A stretch of 64,000 nucleotides of DNA, taken from positions 91,965-155,964 of the forward strand of contig JARLHZ010000025.1 of NCBI GenBank assembly GCA_031291995.1. The letters run 5' to 3'. The stretch comes from Candidatus Doudnabacteria bacterium. GTDB taxonomy: Bacteria > Patescibacteriota > Doudnabacteria > UBA920. The position numbers and the translations under genes are program-made. Positions 47,600-58,069 of this stretch are shown in pieces. A model generated the notes under the pieces. It did no database searches and had not been told where the DNA came from. It was given only the letters and a program-made list of their open reading frames with translations. Positions within the stretch are counted from its first letter, which is position 1. Each line of letters begins with the position of its first letter.

Positions 47600-47935
47600 C
47601 TATTTGCCTCTGTTTTTTACTTCATAAATTTCCCAGGCATAATCAAATGGAAGAAGTGAGCATAAATAATTTCCGTCTTTGTCTTTGGGCGTATATTCAT
47701 CAACAATATCCAAAATTGCGCTTTGCTCTTCTTCGGTAAGTTCTCGGCCAACTATTTCCTCCAACTCAAGAAATTGCTCGTCTATAATTCCAATATTCCC
47801 CTCTATCCTCTGGTCTTCGTCCGAAGCCTGCTTCTGCGCCACTTTGTGTTCTTCCATAACCACCCAAAATACATCCTCAAGACTCATTTTGGGAAGCATG
47901 GTATCACTCGCAAATTTTTGTGCTTTGTTCTTCAT
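47600..47935 (-). CDS. acidic hypothetical protein
   Basis: 111-aa ORF in a co-oriented run. Confidence 0.65.
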   Translation of the reverse strand: MKNKAQKFASDTMLPKMSLEDVFWVVMEEHKVAQKQASDEDQRIEGNIGIIDEQFLELEEIVGRELTEEEQSAILDIVDEYTPKDKDGNYLCSLLPFDYAWEIYEVKNRGK

Positions 47936-47948
47936 ATTTTTTATAATT

Positions 47949-48251
47949 TTAATTTGGCAGTCTGCCTTCTTTTTCTCTTATAGGATAGGTTTCGGACTTT
48001 AAACAGCGGTTTATAATATTGTCCATATGCCAGTAAGTATTGCCGTTATAATCAAAGTAAACATTTTTTGTTGAGTAAAAATTTGCTTCGTAGCCGTAAG
48101 TATCTATATGGTTTGCTAAAGCTAAAAATAAGTTATTATCAACATTTTCCTGGACTATATACTCATGCGGCCAAGTCTTTGCGTAGTTCACCGCAAATAT
48201 CCACTTGGAGTTTTCTATAAATTGTTTTACAGCGTCTGGAAATTGCTTCAT
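47949..48251 (-). CDS. hypothetical protein
   Basis: W.FA..YAKTWPHEY...YWHM..IINR. Confidence 0.7.
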   Translation of the reverse strand: MKQFPDAVKQFIENSKWIFAVNYAKTWPHEYIVQENVDNNLFLALANHIDTYGYEANFYSTKNVYFDYNGNTYWHMDNIINRCLKSETYPIREKEGRLPN

Positions 48252-48277
48252 CCAAATTTTTCTTTACTAATCAATTA

Positions 48278-49291
48278 TTATGCTTGGCTTTCGTATGACT
48301 TATGGACGGCAGCAATCACCTCAGGCAATGATTCAGCTGCTATGGTAAAATCCCATCCGCCGCCTTTATCTATGGCCATTCCTTTGGGCAGCTGGCCGCC
48401 AATTGCCCAGGTCCAACCCCAAATTTCACGAGAACCTTCGCCGTACTGAACAAAAATTTTAGACCTGTTTTCACTCCGGCGCAATGATACGAACCCGTTT
48501 TTTAAAGTATACCGGTAGATATCATCGCCAAACCCGTTCACAGTGGTTAAAAATTTACCAAGTACGCTGCCTTTTTCTGGAGCATTGGTCGAGGCCAAAA
48601 AGTCTGACAACTTTTCTGCACGAACTTCGCTCGACCTATGTGAAACGCCAATATTCTTCTTAGTCTCAACTCCGAATAACTTTGGAATCATTATTTCATA
48701 TTCGTTAAACTTGTAATAATCAAGTTGTATTGCGTATATGTCAAACTGGCTGTTTCGGTTGACATAGATAATTAAATCTTTTAACCTATCTTCCATTTCG
48801 TCCATTAATATTACAAATTTAAGATTACCCTCAAATAGATTGCGGCGCATTGCTTCTAAAAGCTCGTCTGTTTTTTCTTCATCAAGACTAAAAAATTCCG
48901 TAACCTTCTGTTTAAAACTCAAATTAAATTTTATCTCGACTTCCTCATCTAAAAGATGAATAAATTCGTTAAAATCACCTTGGTGTTTCCAAAGAGCCGC
49001 TCCATAATCAAGTGCTTGGGCAACTACCGTCCTTTTGTCCGGATTTTTAAATAGTTTGGTTTCCACAATATAAATATCTCCGTCCTTATCTATCGCCAAA
49101 GCATCGATCGACCCGGACTCTGTTGGAAACTCACGCGCAGCAACAAAGAGATGCTTGTCTTCTTCAATTTCATATACTGGAATTGACTCTGGATTTTGAT
49201 GGATATAATTTTGAAGGTAATCTTCCTTTTCAAAATTAGATTTGTCTATTTTTTTGGCGTTCATACCGCCTTGGGAAACAATAATACTCAT
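48278..49291 (-). CDS. NucS-like PD-(D/E)xK endonuclease domain protein
   Basis: GSIDALAID...IVETK...VVAQALDY. Confidence 0.78.
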   Translation of the reverse strand: MSIIVSQGGMNAKKIDKSNFEKEDYLQNYIHQNPESIPVYEIEEDKHLFVAAREFPTESGSIDALAIDKDGDIYIVETKLFKNPDKRTVVAQALDYGAALWKHQGDFNEFIHLLDEEVEIKFNLSFKQKVTEFFSLDEEKTDELLEAMRRNLFEGNLKFVILMDEMEDRLKDLIIYVNRNSQFDIYAIQLDYYKFNEYEIMIPKLFGVETKKNIGVSHRSSEVRAEKLSDFLASTNAPEKGSVLGKFLTTVNGFGDDIYRYTLKNGFVSLRRSENRSKIFVQYGEGSREIWGWTWAIGGQLPKGMAIDKGGGWDFTIAAESLPEVIAAVHKSYESQA

Positions 49292-49382
49292 ACATTATCT
49301 ATTAATTGTGAATTTAATATTTACGCCAATGGCTATAGTTGATCCCGTCTTCTAAATCTTCATATTCAACGGACATAGGGTA

Positions 49383-50120
49383 TTATTTTTCTACTGCTTG
49401 GGCTTTGGCCCTATATTGGCAAAATTCACATTCAAGATTGGATTCGGGCAAATCGGATAGGTTTAAGCAATCGTAAATATTAAAAATTGTTTGCTCTACC
49501 CAAGAGTCACTGCCGGTATAAGGGATTAGTTTGGCATCAAATTCCAGTACGCCGTTAAAACCTGCTCTGTCTTTCTTTCCATTCACGTAAAAAAAGTAGC
49601 CGGTATTGGAAACTTTTAGGCCATTTTGCCTTAACAACCACTGGTAGACTTCCATTTGCCTGCGGTAGGAGTTGTGCCATTTGGCGTCAGTTAGTTCTAC
49701 TTCGCCCTCCTTGCTGGTGGCCTTGTAATCCACCACAATATATTCTCCCGCCGAATTTTTCCACAAATCATCTATGGCCCCATAAACTAGCATATTGATT
49801 TTTTTGTGGAGGCACTGCACGCCTGTAAAGTTATGCCGCCACTGGTCCAAAAGTTCATGAGCCACAGGAACAGCGTCCAGGCCGTAAGTTTCCATAAGCG
49901 GATGTTTGGTTCCGTTGGCGCGGTATACATCAAACTCTTTTTTTAGCAAAGCGTCCACAGCCACATTCAAAGTAAATGCTGGGCCAGATGGCCTGGAAAT
50001 CCCCAACCGCCGGTCCATATAAAAACAGCGCGGACAATCCAAAAACATATCAATCTTTGATCGGCTCAATTTAAAAGGTTTATCAGACGCAGGGTTGTAC
50101 AAATTGTTTATTCTAGGCAT
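49383..50120 (-). CDS. PD-(D/E)xK (RecB/Cas4-like) nuclease
   Basis: CPRC, GAIDD, VVDYK, QMEVY, CEFC. Confidence 0.85.
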   Translation of the reverse strand: MPRINNLYNPASDKPFKLSRSKIDMFLDCPRCFYMDRRLGISRPSGPAFTLNVAVDALLKKEFDVYRANGTKHPLMETYGLDAVPVAHELLDQWRHNFTGVQCLHKKINMLVYGAIDDLWKNSAGEYIVVDYKATSKEGEVELTDAKWHNSYRRQMEVYQWLLRQNGLKVSNTGYFFYVNGKKDRAGFNGVLEFDAKLIPYTGSDSWVEQTIFNIYDCLNLSDLPESNLECEFCQYRAKAQAVEK

Positions 50121-50180
50121 TTACTTTCCTTAAAATTTTCATAAATTTAACAATACTTAATGGGTTATATCCCCCACCGC

Positions 50181-51332
50181 TTATTCGGTTTTATTGGTAT
50201 GGGAAAGCTCTTCAAACTTAGCAGCCATTGTAGGGTTGCCGCGCGTTAGTCTTTTGATTGTCAAATCTTCTGCTTTATCATTAGCGAGACGGAGATTATT
50301 TTCAGACGATAAGAGAGCCTCTTTGGTTTTCTGAAGATGGTCTATGGTTTTGTCAATTTCATCGATTGCTGTTTTAAAACGGTTAGAAGCAATCTGGTAA
50401 TTTTTAGAAAAGCCCTCTTTAAATTTATTAATATTGTCCTCAAAGTTTGTGATGTCAACATTTTGGTTCCTCACCAAAGCAAGCTCGGCTTTGTATTTAA
50501 GTGAATTCATGGCCGAGTTGCGCAGCAGGGTTATCATTGGGATAAAAAATTGTGGGCGGACCACATACATTTTGGGATGTTTATGGGATACATCAACAAT
50601 GCCGGTATTATATAGTTCATTTTCGGCTTCCAAAAGCGTAACAAGGACGGCGTATTCGCACTTCTTCTCTGTCCGATCTTTATCAAGCTCGCGTAAAAAA
50701 TCTTCATTTTTGTGTTTTGTAGCGGTTTCGTCGCCTTCATTTTTCATCTCAAACATAATAGAAATGATTTCATTGCCGACCTCATCATTTTCGCGATAAA
50801 TGTAATCACCCTTACTGCCGGATTTTGTATTGTTGTCTTTTTCGAAATACGCATTCTGAAAACCGGTCGCGCGAAGCTTGTTAAACTCGGTTTCGCAGTG
50901 CTGTTCAAGGGTTTCGCCAACCATCTTCGTTGAGAGTTTAAGCTTCATATCCTTACGGAAAGCAATTTCGTCGTCCTTCATCTTTATAATGTCGTCCTTG
51001 GTCCTGAGTTCGGCGGCAAGTTCGTCACGTTCTTTCGCAACTTTATTGACCGCTTCTGTGACTGCGAGTTTTTTCTCTATTTCTGCATTACTGTTTTTTG
51101 ATTTTATTTCGGCTAATTCAGCTTCCTTCTTCGCAATGTCCTTTTGCAATGCATTTGTAATATTTGCCTCTGCAAGTTTAACAGCAGTTTCTTTATTTTT
51201 TTCCAACATTTCTATACGCTCATGCAGTTCTTTTTCAAACTCATGATTGCGGACTTGCTTCAAAATATCGGCAAATCCTGCTTCGTCGACTTTAAAAGCT
51301 TTTTTACAATGTGGACATATAATTTCATTCAT
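50181..51332 (-). CDS. DUF2130 family protein
   Basis: [36 protein letters not shown]. Confidence 0.88.
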   Translation of the reverse strand: MNEIICPHCKKAFKVDEAGFADILKQVRNHEFEKELHERIEMLEKNKETAVKLAEANITNALQKDIAKKEAELAEIKSKNSNAEIEKKLAVTEAVNKVAKERDELAAELRTKDDIIKMKDDEIAFRKDMKLKLSTKMVGETLEQHCETEFNKLRATGFQNAYFEKDNNTKSGSKGDYIYRENDEVGNEIISIMFEMKNEGDETATKHKNEDFLRELDKDRTEKKCEYAVLVTLLEAENELYNTGIVDVSHKHPKMYVVRPQFFIPMITLLRNSAMNSLKYKAELALVRNQNVDITNFEDNINKFKEGFSKNYQIASNRFKTAIDEIDKTIDHLQKTKEALLSSENNLRLANDKAEDLTIKRLTRGNPTMAAKFEELSHTNKTE

Positions 51333-51359
51333 ATTTTTGAACATTAATTTTGCAACATC

Positions 51360-54323
51360 CTATATGCTCATTTTATTAAGTACGTGCTCAAACACGCGCT
51401 CTTGCACAAACTTTTTTAATTCCGGATTTTGGTCGAGTTTTTGGTACAGACTAAAATGATTATCCAATACTCCAACAAGCTCGTCCTGAAAGAGTTGGTC
51501 AAATTTTAACTTGGCTGCGTCTTTGCTGTTATTTTTTACGGAGCCTTTTAATACATGGTTATTTACCAAACGCGAACTTAAATCGTTTAAAATTACCCGG
51601 TCGCCGTCGTTAAAATTTGTTCCGTAGCGCTCATTAATTTCTTTAATGATTCTTGAAAGAGGGTCTATTGCCGCCTCGGCAATACGGCCTTCCCCTCCCC
51701 CGCCCATAGGATAAATAATTCCCTCTGTATTGTCTAATTGTATATTTACCTTGCCCTTGTTCTCAATCCTGTAAGTTTCCATATCTATTGCATCCAATAC
51801 CTCCACCGGCAACGGATTTTCCCGCTTAGGCGATTTTTTGATTAAAAATTTTAAAAAGATGAACAGCTTTTCCAGTTGTGGATCTTTAAAAGTAATTATT
51901 TGGGAAATAAAGGCATACTTTTTTAAATATTCCGCAACCGTGGTTTTAAAGCTTTCCATTTCTTCTTCTGTCAGGTTCTCGTCATTTATCCTGGCTACCA
52001 CATTGTCAATAATATGGTTAAGTTTATCCGGCGTTGCTCCACCCAAGTATTCTTCAGTAAACCCATTGATTTCAAAGTCGGTAAAAAATTTAAACCCACG
52101 CACTTCGCGTTCCAAATTGTGCAAAATGTTCGGGTCCGTCGCTTCAGACAGCACCGTGGTAGTGTAATACGGTTGGAAAGCTTCTTTAATGTCGTCCGTC
52201 TCATTTACGAAATCCAAAACAAAAGTTTCGTCTTTGCCGTACGTAGTTCTGTTTAAACGCGAAAGTGTTTGAACCGCTCTAACATCGCTGAGTTTTTTGT
52301 CCACATACATAACCGTTAGCATAGGCTGGTCAAAACCGGTTTGAAATTTTTCCGCCACAATCAAAAATTTATTTTCGTCCTTCTTAAATTCTTCAGCCGT
52401 TTGGCTTTCCGGGACTTTATTCATTTGACCTTCGGTATATTCCAGTTTTGTATCCACGTCTTTTACAGTGCCCGAAAAAGCCACCAAGGCTTTATGATTG
52501 TAGCCTTTTTCTTTAAGGTATTTATCAAAAGCAATTTTGTAACGAACCGCGTGCAAACGGGACTTTGTAACCACCATTGCTTTTGCGCGTCCCGCAATGA
52601 GTAATGCAATTTTTTCTTCAAAATGTTCCACCATAATAGCCGTTTTTTTATCAATGGCATGCTCATGGCGCTCTACATAGCCAATCATAAGCCTTTGGGC
52701 TTTTTTCTTATCAAATTCCGGGTCGTCTTCTATTTTTTTGAGTAAGCCAAAATAAGTTTCGTAAGTGGTGTAGTTTTTTAGCACATCCAAAATAAACTTT
52801 TCTTCTATGGCCTGCTTCATGGAATACAAAGAAAACGGAATAAATTTACCGGTAACCGCGTCCTTGTCTCCAAATAGTTCCAACGTCTTCTGCTTTGGCG
52901 TGGCGGTAAAAGCAAAAAATGAAAGGTTCGGGGAACTGACCTTTCTAGCCTTCATGCGCTCAATAATTTGGTCTTCAACTGTTTTAAAAACATGCTCTTC
53001 TTTTTCGGCTTGCTTTTCGGCTTCATCTAAAGTTAATACCTGACGTAAATCCGCCGCGGACTCCCCGGACTGTGAAGAATGCGCTTCGTCTATAATTACC
53101 GCAAATTTTTTTCCTTCAACTTTTTCTATTGTCTCTACAATAACCGGGAATTTCTGCAAAGTGCTTGTTAGTATTCTAACCCCGGTTTCCAAGCCCTCGC
53201 GCAGTTCGGCGGATGTTTCCACGTGCTTAACCAAACCTTTAACCTGGCTAAAATCTGTTACCGTATTAGAAAGTTGCCTGTCTAAAACCCGGCGGTCAGT
53301 TACTACAATAACGCCGTCAAATACATTTTTATTGGAATCGTCATGAAGTTCTGCAAGACGGTGCGCCACCCAGGCAATGGTATTGCTTTTGCCGGACCCG
53401 GCGCTATGTTGAATTAAATAATTTTTGCCGGTTCCATTTGCCTGCGCGTCTACAACAATTCTCTTTACGGTTTCTAATTGATGATACCGTGGAAAGATTA
53501 ATTTTTCTTCCTTTTTCTTTTTGCCGTTCTTGTCTTCTTTTTCTTCCGTCACTTCCTGAATGAAATTGCCTATTAAATCAAACACACTGTCCTTGGAAAA
53601 AATATCTTCCCACAAATAATGCGTTTTGTATTTTCCTTCCGGCGCTTCCGGATTTTTAGATGAGTTTTTGTCGCCTTTATTAAATGGCAAGAAAACCGTG
53701 GAAAGACCCGAAAGCCGGGTGGTCATAAACGCCAAGTCTGTATCTACCGCAAAATGAGTAAAGCAGCGCTTAAAAGATAAAAGTTTTTCTTTATTGTCGC
53801 GGTCGGTTTTATATTGTGATATGGCGTTAATAACATTTTGCCCGGTAAACTGATTTTTAAGCTCTATTGTAAACACCGGTAAGCCATTTACAAAAATAAC
53901 CATATCTATGGAATTTTCATTCTTGCCACTATATTTAACCTGCCTCATAACACTTAAAATATTCCCGGCATAATCGGCAACCGTCTCCGGGTTCCTGTCA
54001 TTCTGCGGTTTAAAATAAGCAAGCTTAACCCGCACTCCCCTGTCTGTAATGCCCTCACGAAGCACGCTTAACAAACCACGCGAACTAATTTCTTCATCCA
54101 CCCGAGCCAAAAACCTCTCCGCGACATCTTCCCCATACTGCTCAACCAGCTTCTCCCAAGCCTCATTTTGAGTCTCCAAAACAAACTCCAAAACCAGCTC
54201 TGCATCCATACAGAGCTCTTTATTAAAAGTTGAATTTAATCTAGATTTATACTTATGAAGCTTTATCAGCTCCTGCTCTATAAATTCCTCAAAACCCGAT
54301 TCTTTAGTGTTAGATTTTGTCAT
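51360..54323 (-). CDS. hsdR: type I restriction endonuclease subunit R
   Basis: IELKN nuclease motif, QHSAGSGKS, DEAH, FTATPK, QTLSRLNR. Confidence 0.95.
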   Translation of the reverse strand: MTKSNTKESGFEEFIEQELIKLHKYKSRLNSTFNKELCMDAELVLEFVLETQNEAWEKLVEQYGEDVAERFLARVDEEISSRGLLSVLREGITDRGVRVKLAYFKPQNDRNPETVADYAGNILSVMRQVKYSGKNENSIDMVIFVNGLPVFTIELKNQFTGQNVINAISQYKTDRDNKEKLLSFKRCFTHFAVDTDLAFMTTRLSGLSTVFLPFNKGDKNSSKNPEAPEGKYKTHYLWEDIFSKDSVFDLIGNFIQEVTEEKEDKNGKKKKEEKLIFPRYHQLETVKRIVVDAQANGTGKNYLIQHSAGSGKSNTIAWVAHRLAELHDDSNKNVFDGVIVVTDRRVLDRQLSNTVTDFSQVKGLVKHVETSAELREGLETGVRILTSTLQKFPVIVETIEKVEGKKFAVIIDEAHSSQSGESAADLRQVLTLDEAEKQAEKEEHVFKTVEDQIIERMKARKVSSPNLSFFAFTATPKQKTLELFGDKDAVTGKFIPFSLYSMKQAIEEKFILDVLKNYTTYETYFGLLKKIEDDPEFDKKKAQRLMIGYVERHEHAIDKKTAIMVEHFEEKIALLIAGRAKAMVVTKSRLHAVRYKIAFDKYLKEKGYNHKALVAFSGTVKDVDTKLEYTEGQMNKVPESQTAEEFKKDENKFLIVAEKFQTGFDQPMLTVMYVDKKLSDVRAVQTLSRLNRTTYGKDETFVLDFVNETDDIKEAFQPYYTTTVLSEATDPNILHNLEREVRGFKFFTDFEINGFTEEYLGGATPDKLNHIIDNVVARINDENLTEEEMESFKTTVAEYLKKYAFISQIITFKDPQLEKLFIFLKFLIKKSPKRENPLPVEVLDAIDMETYRIENKGKVNIQLDNTEGIIYPMGGGGEGRIAEAAIDPLSRIIKEINERYGTNFNDGDRVILNDLSSRLVNNHVLKGSVKNNSKDAAKLKFDQLFQDELVGVLDNHFSLYQKLDQNPELKKFVQERVFEHVLNKMSI

Positions 54324-54433
54324 AATCTTATAAAATACTTATAACGGTTACATAAGAAAGGCCTATATTTATTGCATTTTTTTGATAATTTTTCTAAAAT
54401 TGGTTTAACTTGTTACATAAGATAGTTTAAAAA

Positions 54434-54462
54434 TTGACAGGCGGGATACATTCGTTTACAAT
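54434..54462 (+). promoter_or_regulatory. near-consensus sigma70 promoter antisense to the R-M operon
   Basis: TTGACA-17-TACAAT. Confidence 0.75.
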
Positions 54463-54468
54463 AGGTAT

Positions 54469-54543
54469 ATGCAGGTGCTTGATGGCCATTGAGCCATTAA
54501 GTATGCGGGCATACATTGAATGTATACCCCGCAGGCCTGCTTT
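54469..54543 (+). ncRNA. candidate ~75-nt three-way-junction RNA convergent on the DUF3800 gene
   Basis: GCAGG/CCTGC closing stem with two hairpins, each carrying CATTGA at its apex. Confidence 0.6.
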
Positions 54544-55207
54544 ATCTCCATTTTACTCTCCATTCGTTGAACCGGCTATTGCCCACGGCAAGCCGGATTT
54601 TTTGTACCTCCGTAGCTAATCGGCCTTTTATTTTATCGGAACCTTTATAAACCGAACTGCCAAGCAAAACATCAGCCATTTGAACTAATAATACGCCATG
54701 GCTGTCCACTTGCAAAACATCCCACAGCTGAGGAACAACTGCCGGAAGTGTAGAAATAGAATGGGTCGGTGCCTTTTTTGGCTGCCTTAAATAATCCGCG
54801 ATTAAGGTTGTCTTTTCTTCAGCTTTTAAATTTTTTTGAAGCAGCATTTTAATATAACGCAAATAACATTCCCAGGATTCCAAATAGTCTTTCGGCGCCT
54901 GGAATTTAACGTCATTTAAGTCTACAAAAAAAGAACAAAATCTCCAATTGGGTTCGTTTAACAAAATTTTCAAACAATTTAAATAATAAGGCAGAGATTT
55001 TTGCGTAACGGAGGTAAATTTAAATTCAACCCTACTACTGTCTTTTTTTAGCGCGTTGCATAACCCTTCATACTCGCTATGAAGCGCGGTAATAAGTTTG
55101 TCCGGGAACGAATGGACAATCGCGCCCACCGCAAAATACCTTACAGCCCGATTCTGCACATTAAGCGTACCCGACTCATCCAAAAAACAAAAAGTTGGTT
55201 TAATCAT
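54542..55207 (-). CDS. DUF3800 family protein (RNase H-like fold)
   Basis: FLDESG, EFKF, VDS...LVQMADVLLG. Confidence 0.85.
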   Translation of the reverse strand: MIKPTFCFLDESGTLNVQNRAVRYFAVGAIVHSFPDKLITALHSEYEGLCNALKKDSSRVEFKFTSVTQKSLPYYLNCLKILLNEPNWRFCSFFVDLNDVKFQAPKDYLESWECYLRYIKMLLQKNLKAEEKTTLIADYLRQPKKAPTHSISTLPAVVPQLWDVLQVDSHGVLLVQMADVLLGSSVYKGSDKIKGRLATEVQKIRLAVGNSRFNEWRVKWR

Positions 55208-56521
55208 TTATACTTTCACTTTCCCCGTAACCACATTGGAAATTAGGGAAGATTTAAATTTGTTTAATAATTCAATTGATTTTTCTGTTTTTTCTAAAAT
55301 AGCATTAAATGTTGAAATTTTTTCATCTAAGAACTTAATAATTAAATTTTGTTCGTCTTTGCTTGGATAAATCATTTCCAACGAACTTAAGTCAAAAGGA
55401 GTGATTGCTGGGTAGCCAATGCCTTTTGAATTAAGAATGACTTGACTAATAAATCTATCGGACTGTAAGTAATAAAAAAGGTATTTTGGCAATAAGTTTT
55501 TACCAGGAGTTAATACGGCAAAACCAGTAGATGCAATAGTATTTGTATCGAGTTTATCAAAATAAGCAATGGCCTTTAAGTAAGTTCTAACTGTAGCGAT
55601 TATTGAATCGCCAACACTCACAACTCTACGAGCCCTACTTGGTGCTTTTTCAAAAGTAATTTCATTTTCTATATTTGACGCCTCTTCTCCATCCACAGAC
55701 CCAATGTCAAAATATTTAAAAGAGAAGTCGGGATCTGTGTTCTCTGAAAGAGATTTTTTATTCATTTGGGAGACTCTTTTTATTTTTTCAATATTCCATC
55801 CTTTCGGAATTTTGCCAATCCATTCGACATCGCTTTCAACATACTCAGCTTTTGGGTCAAGGCCTTTTGACACGGCATTATTAATAACAGCCGTGCGTTT
55901 TTCGCGCAGGAGTTCTATTAACTTTTGCTTTTTTTCAATAATTTGGTCAATGGTTGCAATTTTTTCGTCGAGATAATTTGCAATTTTTTCTTGCTCATTA
56001 ATATTTGGGATTAATGTTGGCAAATATTTAAAATTGCTAAAATCTAGCGTTTGTCTAACCCCTCCACCCATCCCATAATAAACTTTCTGAATGTCGTAGG
56101 CGTGAAATAAATAGTAGGTGAATTTTGAGTTTAATTTTTCACTCAATTGCAACGCTAAATAAGCTGAAGTAATTATACCTGGCTCATCAAAGTTCATATA
56201 GCCGACTCTTAAACTTTTTTTGTCATTTTGTAAGTCAGTCAGACGAAATACAATATTCCCTTTATTTATAACTTGATAAGTATTGAATGATTCTGGTAGT
56301 AATCCCTCGTTTGAGTCGATATCTTTTTGAATTATTTTACCATAGCTTAATGATAAGAGATTATTACATTTTCCCTCAATATTATTTTGTTCATTTTCAA
56401 AAGCGACTGATCGCAAGGGTGTTACATCCCAATCTTTAGGAATTTTGCCAATCCACTCAACGCCCGAGTTTTTGTATTCGGGATATTTTTTATATTCTTT
56501 TTTTAGCTGTAATTTAGGCAT
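55208..56521 (-). CDS. hsdS: type I R-M specificity subunit
   Basis: Two SGVEWIGKIP..W-like repeats, EQ..I..LD spacers, VTGK end. Confidence 0.93.
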   Translation of the reverse strand: MPKLQLKKEYKKYPEYKNSGVEWIGKIPKDWDVTPLRSVAFENEQNNIEGKCNNLLSLSYGKIIQKDIDSNEGLLPESFNTYQVINKGNIVFRLTDLQNDKKSLRVGYMNFDEPGIITSAYLALQLSEKLNSKFTYYLFHAYDIQKVYYGMGGGVRQTLDFSNFKYLPTLIPNINEQEKIANYLDEKIATIDQIIEKKQKLIELLREKRTAVINNAVSKGLDPKAEYVESDVEWIGKIPKGWNIEKIKRVSQMNKKSLSENTDPDFSFKYFDIGSVDGEEASNIENEITFEKAPSRARRVVSVGDSIIATVRTYLKAIAYFDKLDTNTIASTGFAVLTPGKNLLPKYLFYYLQSDRFISQVILNSKGIGYPAITPFDLSSLEMIYPSKDEQNLIIKFLDEKISTFNAILEKTEKSIELLNKFKSSLISNVVTGKVKV

Positions 56522-57711
56522 ATTTGTAAATATTGTGGAAAACGGTACGGGGTCAAGACATTTTGTGATTGAGCCTGTGGAAAAGTTTCCATTAAGGGAT
56601 TAAAGAGGTTGTCCAGGATTAACATCGGAAAGCGGCAGATCTGGTCGGCATTGTATATGCCAAGAGAGTCAAGTTTTTCTTTAGGCGACATTCCGTTCAT
56701 GCCAATACCGTCAGAGGCGCGACGGTTGTAGTAAAAATTCCAGTACTGTCCTTCTATCAGAAAATCGGAGTTACTGTTAATGTGTTCCCCCCTGGGGCAG
56801 TAAAATTCTTCGTCGTCGATCCTGTGCGTCCGTTCCACCAGGTTGTTCTTCCACTTTGCTCCGCCTGTCCACTCGGCCGCGGCTCCCAGCGGCTTTAACT
56901 GTTCGTTCCAATCCGCAAGCTTCCTCTCTGAAGCGGAAAAGAATTCCGCGCCGCCGTCCATTCGCGTGTTAATATTGTTTTGTATGTTATGGGCTCTCAG
57001 CCAGAGAATTACGGTTTGTAAAAACTTTAATCCATAAAAAGAACTTAAGGTATACGACCAGGCCAAGAATCTGGTTTTGGTCTTGGCGTCAACAATCGTC
57101 CATTGGTATTTGGGCAGAGCAAGCTTTTGGCTTTTAAACTTCTGATAAATTTCTTTCGGCAAAGCGTGTTGGTCTAAAATTTCCTTGGTATCGTACTGTA
57201 ATTGCTCAAATGCCCCAATTTCCGCATAGTTGTACAAGGCCCTGCGTTCCCCGTTAACGGTCCTAATCTTTTTCCCTTTTAGCCCCAGTCTTTTGTAAAC
57301 TCCCTTGATTTTGGAAAAAGTAAAGGCCTCCATGTCCAGCCCGGCTATTTTAAAATGCTTGTAGAGGCGTTTAAAGCCGTAGTTTAATTTCAAATGTTTC
57401 TCTGTGATGGTTTTTTCGGTATTTTCGTCAGCCGTCCGCTTGTTGGTCTTGGGCCTTCTGGACTCAAACTTTAAAAATTCAAACAGCTTTAAATCATCAG
57501 TTTTAATCTTTTCGTTGCAGGACAGCAGGCAAAGGACTTTAGAGTCAGACTGATTTTTACAAAGTTTAATAATTTCATTAACGGTATTTTTATGGCAGCC
57601 GATATCCCGGGCAATGTCTTTTTGGGGGATGTGGTCGGCAAAGTAATGGCGGGCGATTTTCAGCCGGGTGATGATCGGCCCTTCGGTTTTGCAATTGTCC
57701 TTGTAACTCAT
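56503..57711 (-). CDS. IS481-like DDE transposase
   Basis: HTH, YG.KR, QYDTK, RMDGGAEF, NNLVERTHR. Confidence 0.8.
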   Translation of the reverse strand: MSYKDNCKTEGPIITRLKIARHYFADHIPQKDIARDIGCHKNTVNEIIKLCKNQSDSKVLCLLSCNEKIKTDDLKLFEFLKFESRRPKTNKRTADENTEKTITEKHLKLNYGFKRLYKHFKIAGLDMEAFTFSKIKGVYKRLGLKGKKIRTVNGERRALYNYAEIGAFEQLQYDTKEILDQHALPKEIYQKFKSQKLALPKYQWTIVDAKTKTRFLAWSYTLSSFYGLKFLQTVILWLRAHNIQNNINTRMDGGAEFFSASERKLADWNEQLKPLGAAAEWTGGAKWKNNLVERTHRIDDEEFYCPRGEHINSNSDFLIEGQYWNFYYNRRASDGIGMNGMSPKEKLDSLGIYNADQICRFPMLILDNLFNPLMETFPQAQSQNVLTPYRFPQYLQICLNYS

Positions 57712-57956
57712 TACAATACTTTTACAGGTCATTGTCGTATTCTGTTTTAGTTATTACTCGTAACTAAATTATACGGCAATGGCTTGTTTAATTTTCAGCC
57801 GGAGCTGATCCGCCTGTGGCGGAAATGTGAAGGCCTTTATCGACTTTAAAGGTTTTAAGGTATTTGAGGTAATGACGCTGTCTTTTCCTTACTTTTCCCA
57901 AAAACCGCTTAAATTCTACCTTGGCGGCGATCACATTATGTATTGTATCCTCTATT
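56544..57956 (-). mobile_element. IS481-like element flanked by 15-bp direct repeats
   Basis: AATATTGTGGAAAAC at 56529-56543 and 57957-57971; degenerate TIR sharing ATCACA..ATGT.TTG. Confidence 0.75.
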
Positions 57957-57975
57957 AATATTGTGGAAAACAAGC

Positions 57976-58004
57976 TTGACAAACGTTCATATAATAGTTA
58001 AAAT
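57976..58004 (+). promoter_or_regulatory. sigma70 promoter convergent on the NYN gene
   Basis: TTGACA-17-TAAAAT. Confidence 0.75.
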
Positions 58005-58009
58005 AGAAA

Positions 58010-58063
58010 CGATCGAAAGATCACGAACTCTATAGCTTAAGGGCTCCGCAAGGAGTCCTTTTT
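58010..58063 (+). ncRNA. candidate ~55-nt small RNA convergent on the NYN gene
   Basis: GATC-GAAA-GATC hairpin, unpaired linker, AAGGGCTCC-GCAA-GGAGTCCTTTTT terminator. Confidence 0.5.
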
Positions 58064-58069
58064 GCATGG

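Noticed and set aside
49383-50120. Cas4 of a CRISPR-Cas locus
   Set aside because: No cas1/cas2 or array; better described as a stand-alone PD-(D/E)xK nuclease
55208-56521. Invertible hsdS phase-variation locus
   Set aside because: Only one hsdS; no silent TRDs, flanking inverted repeats or recombinase seen
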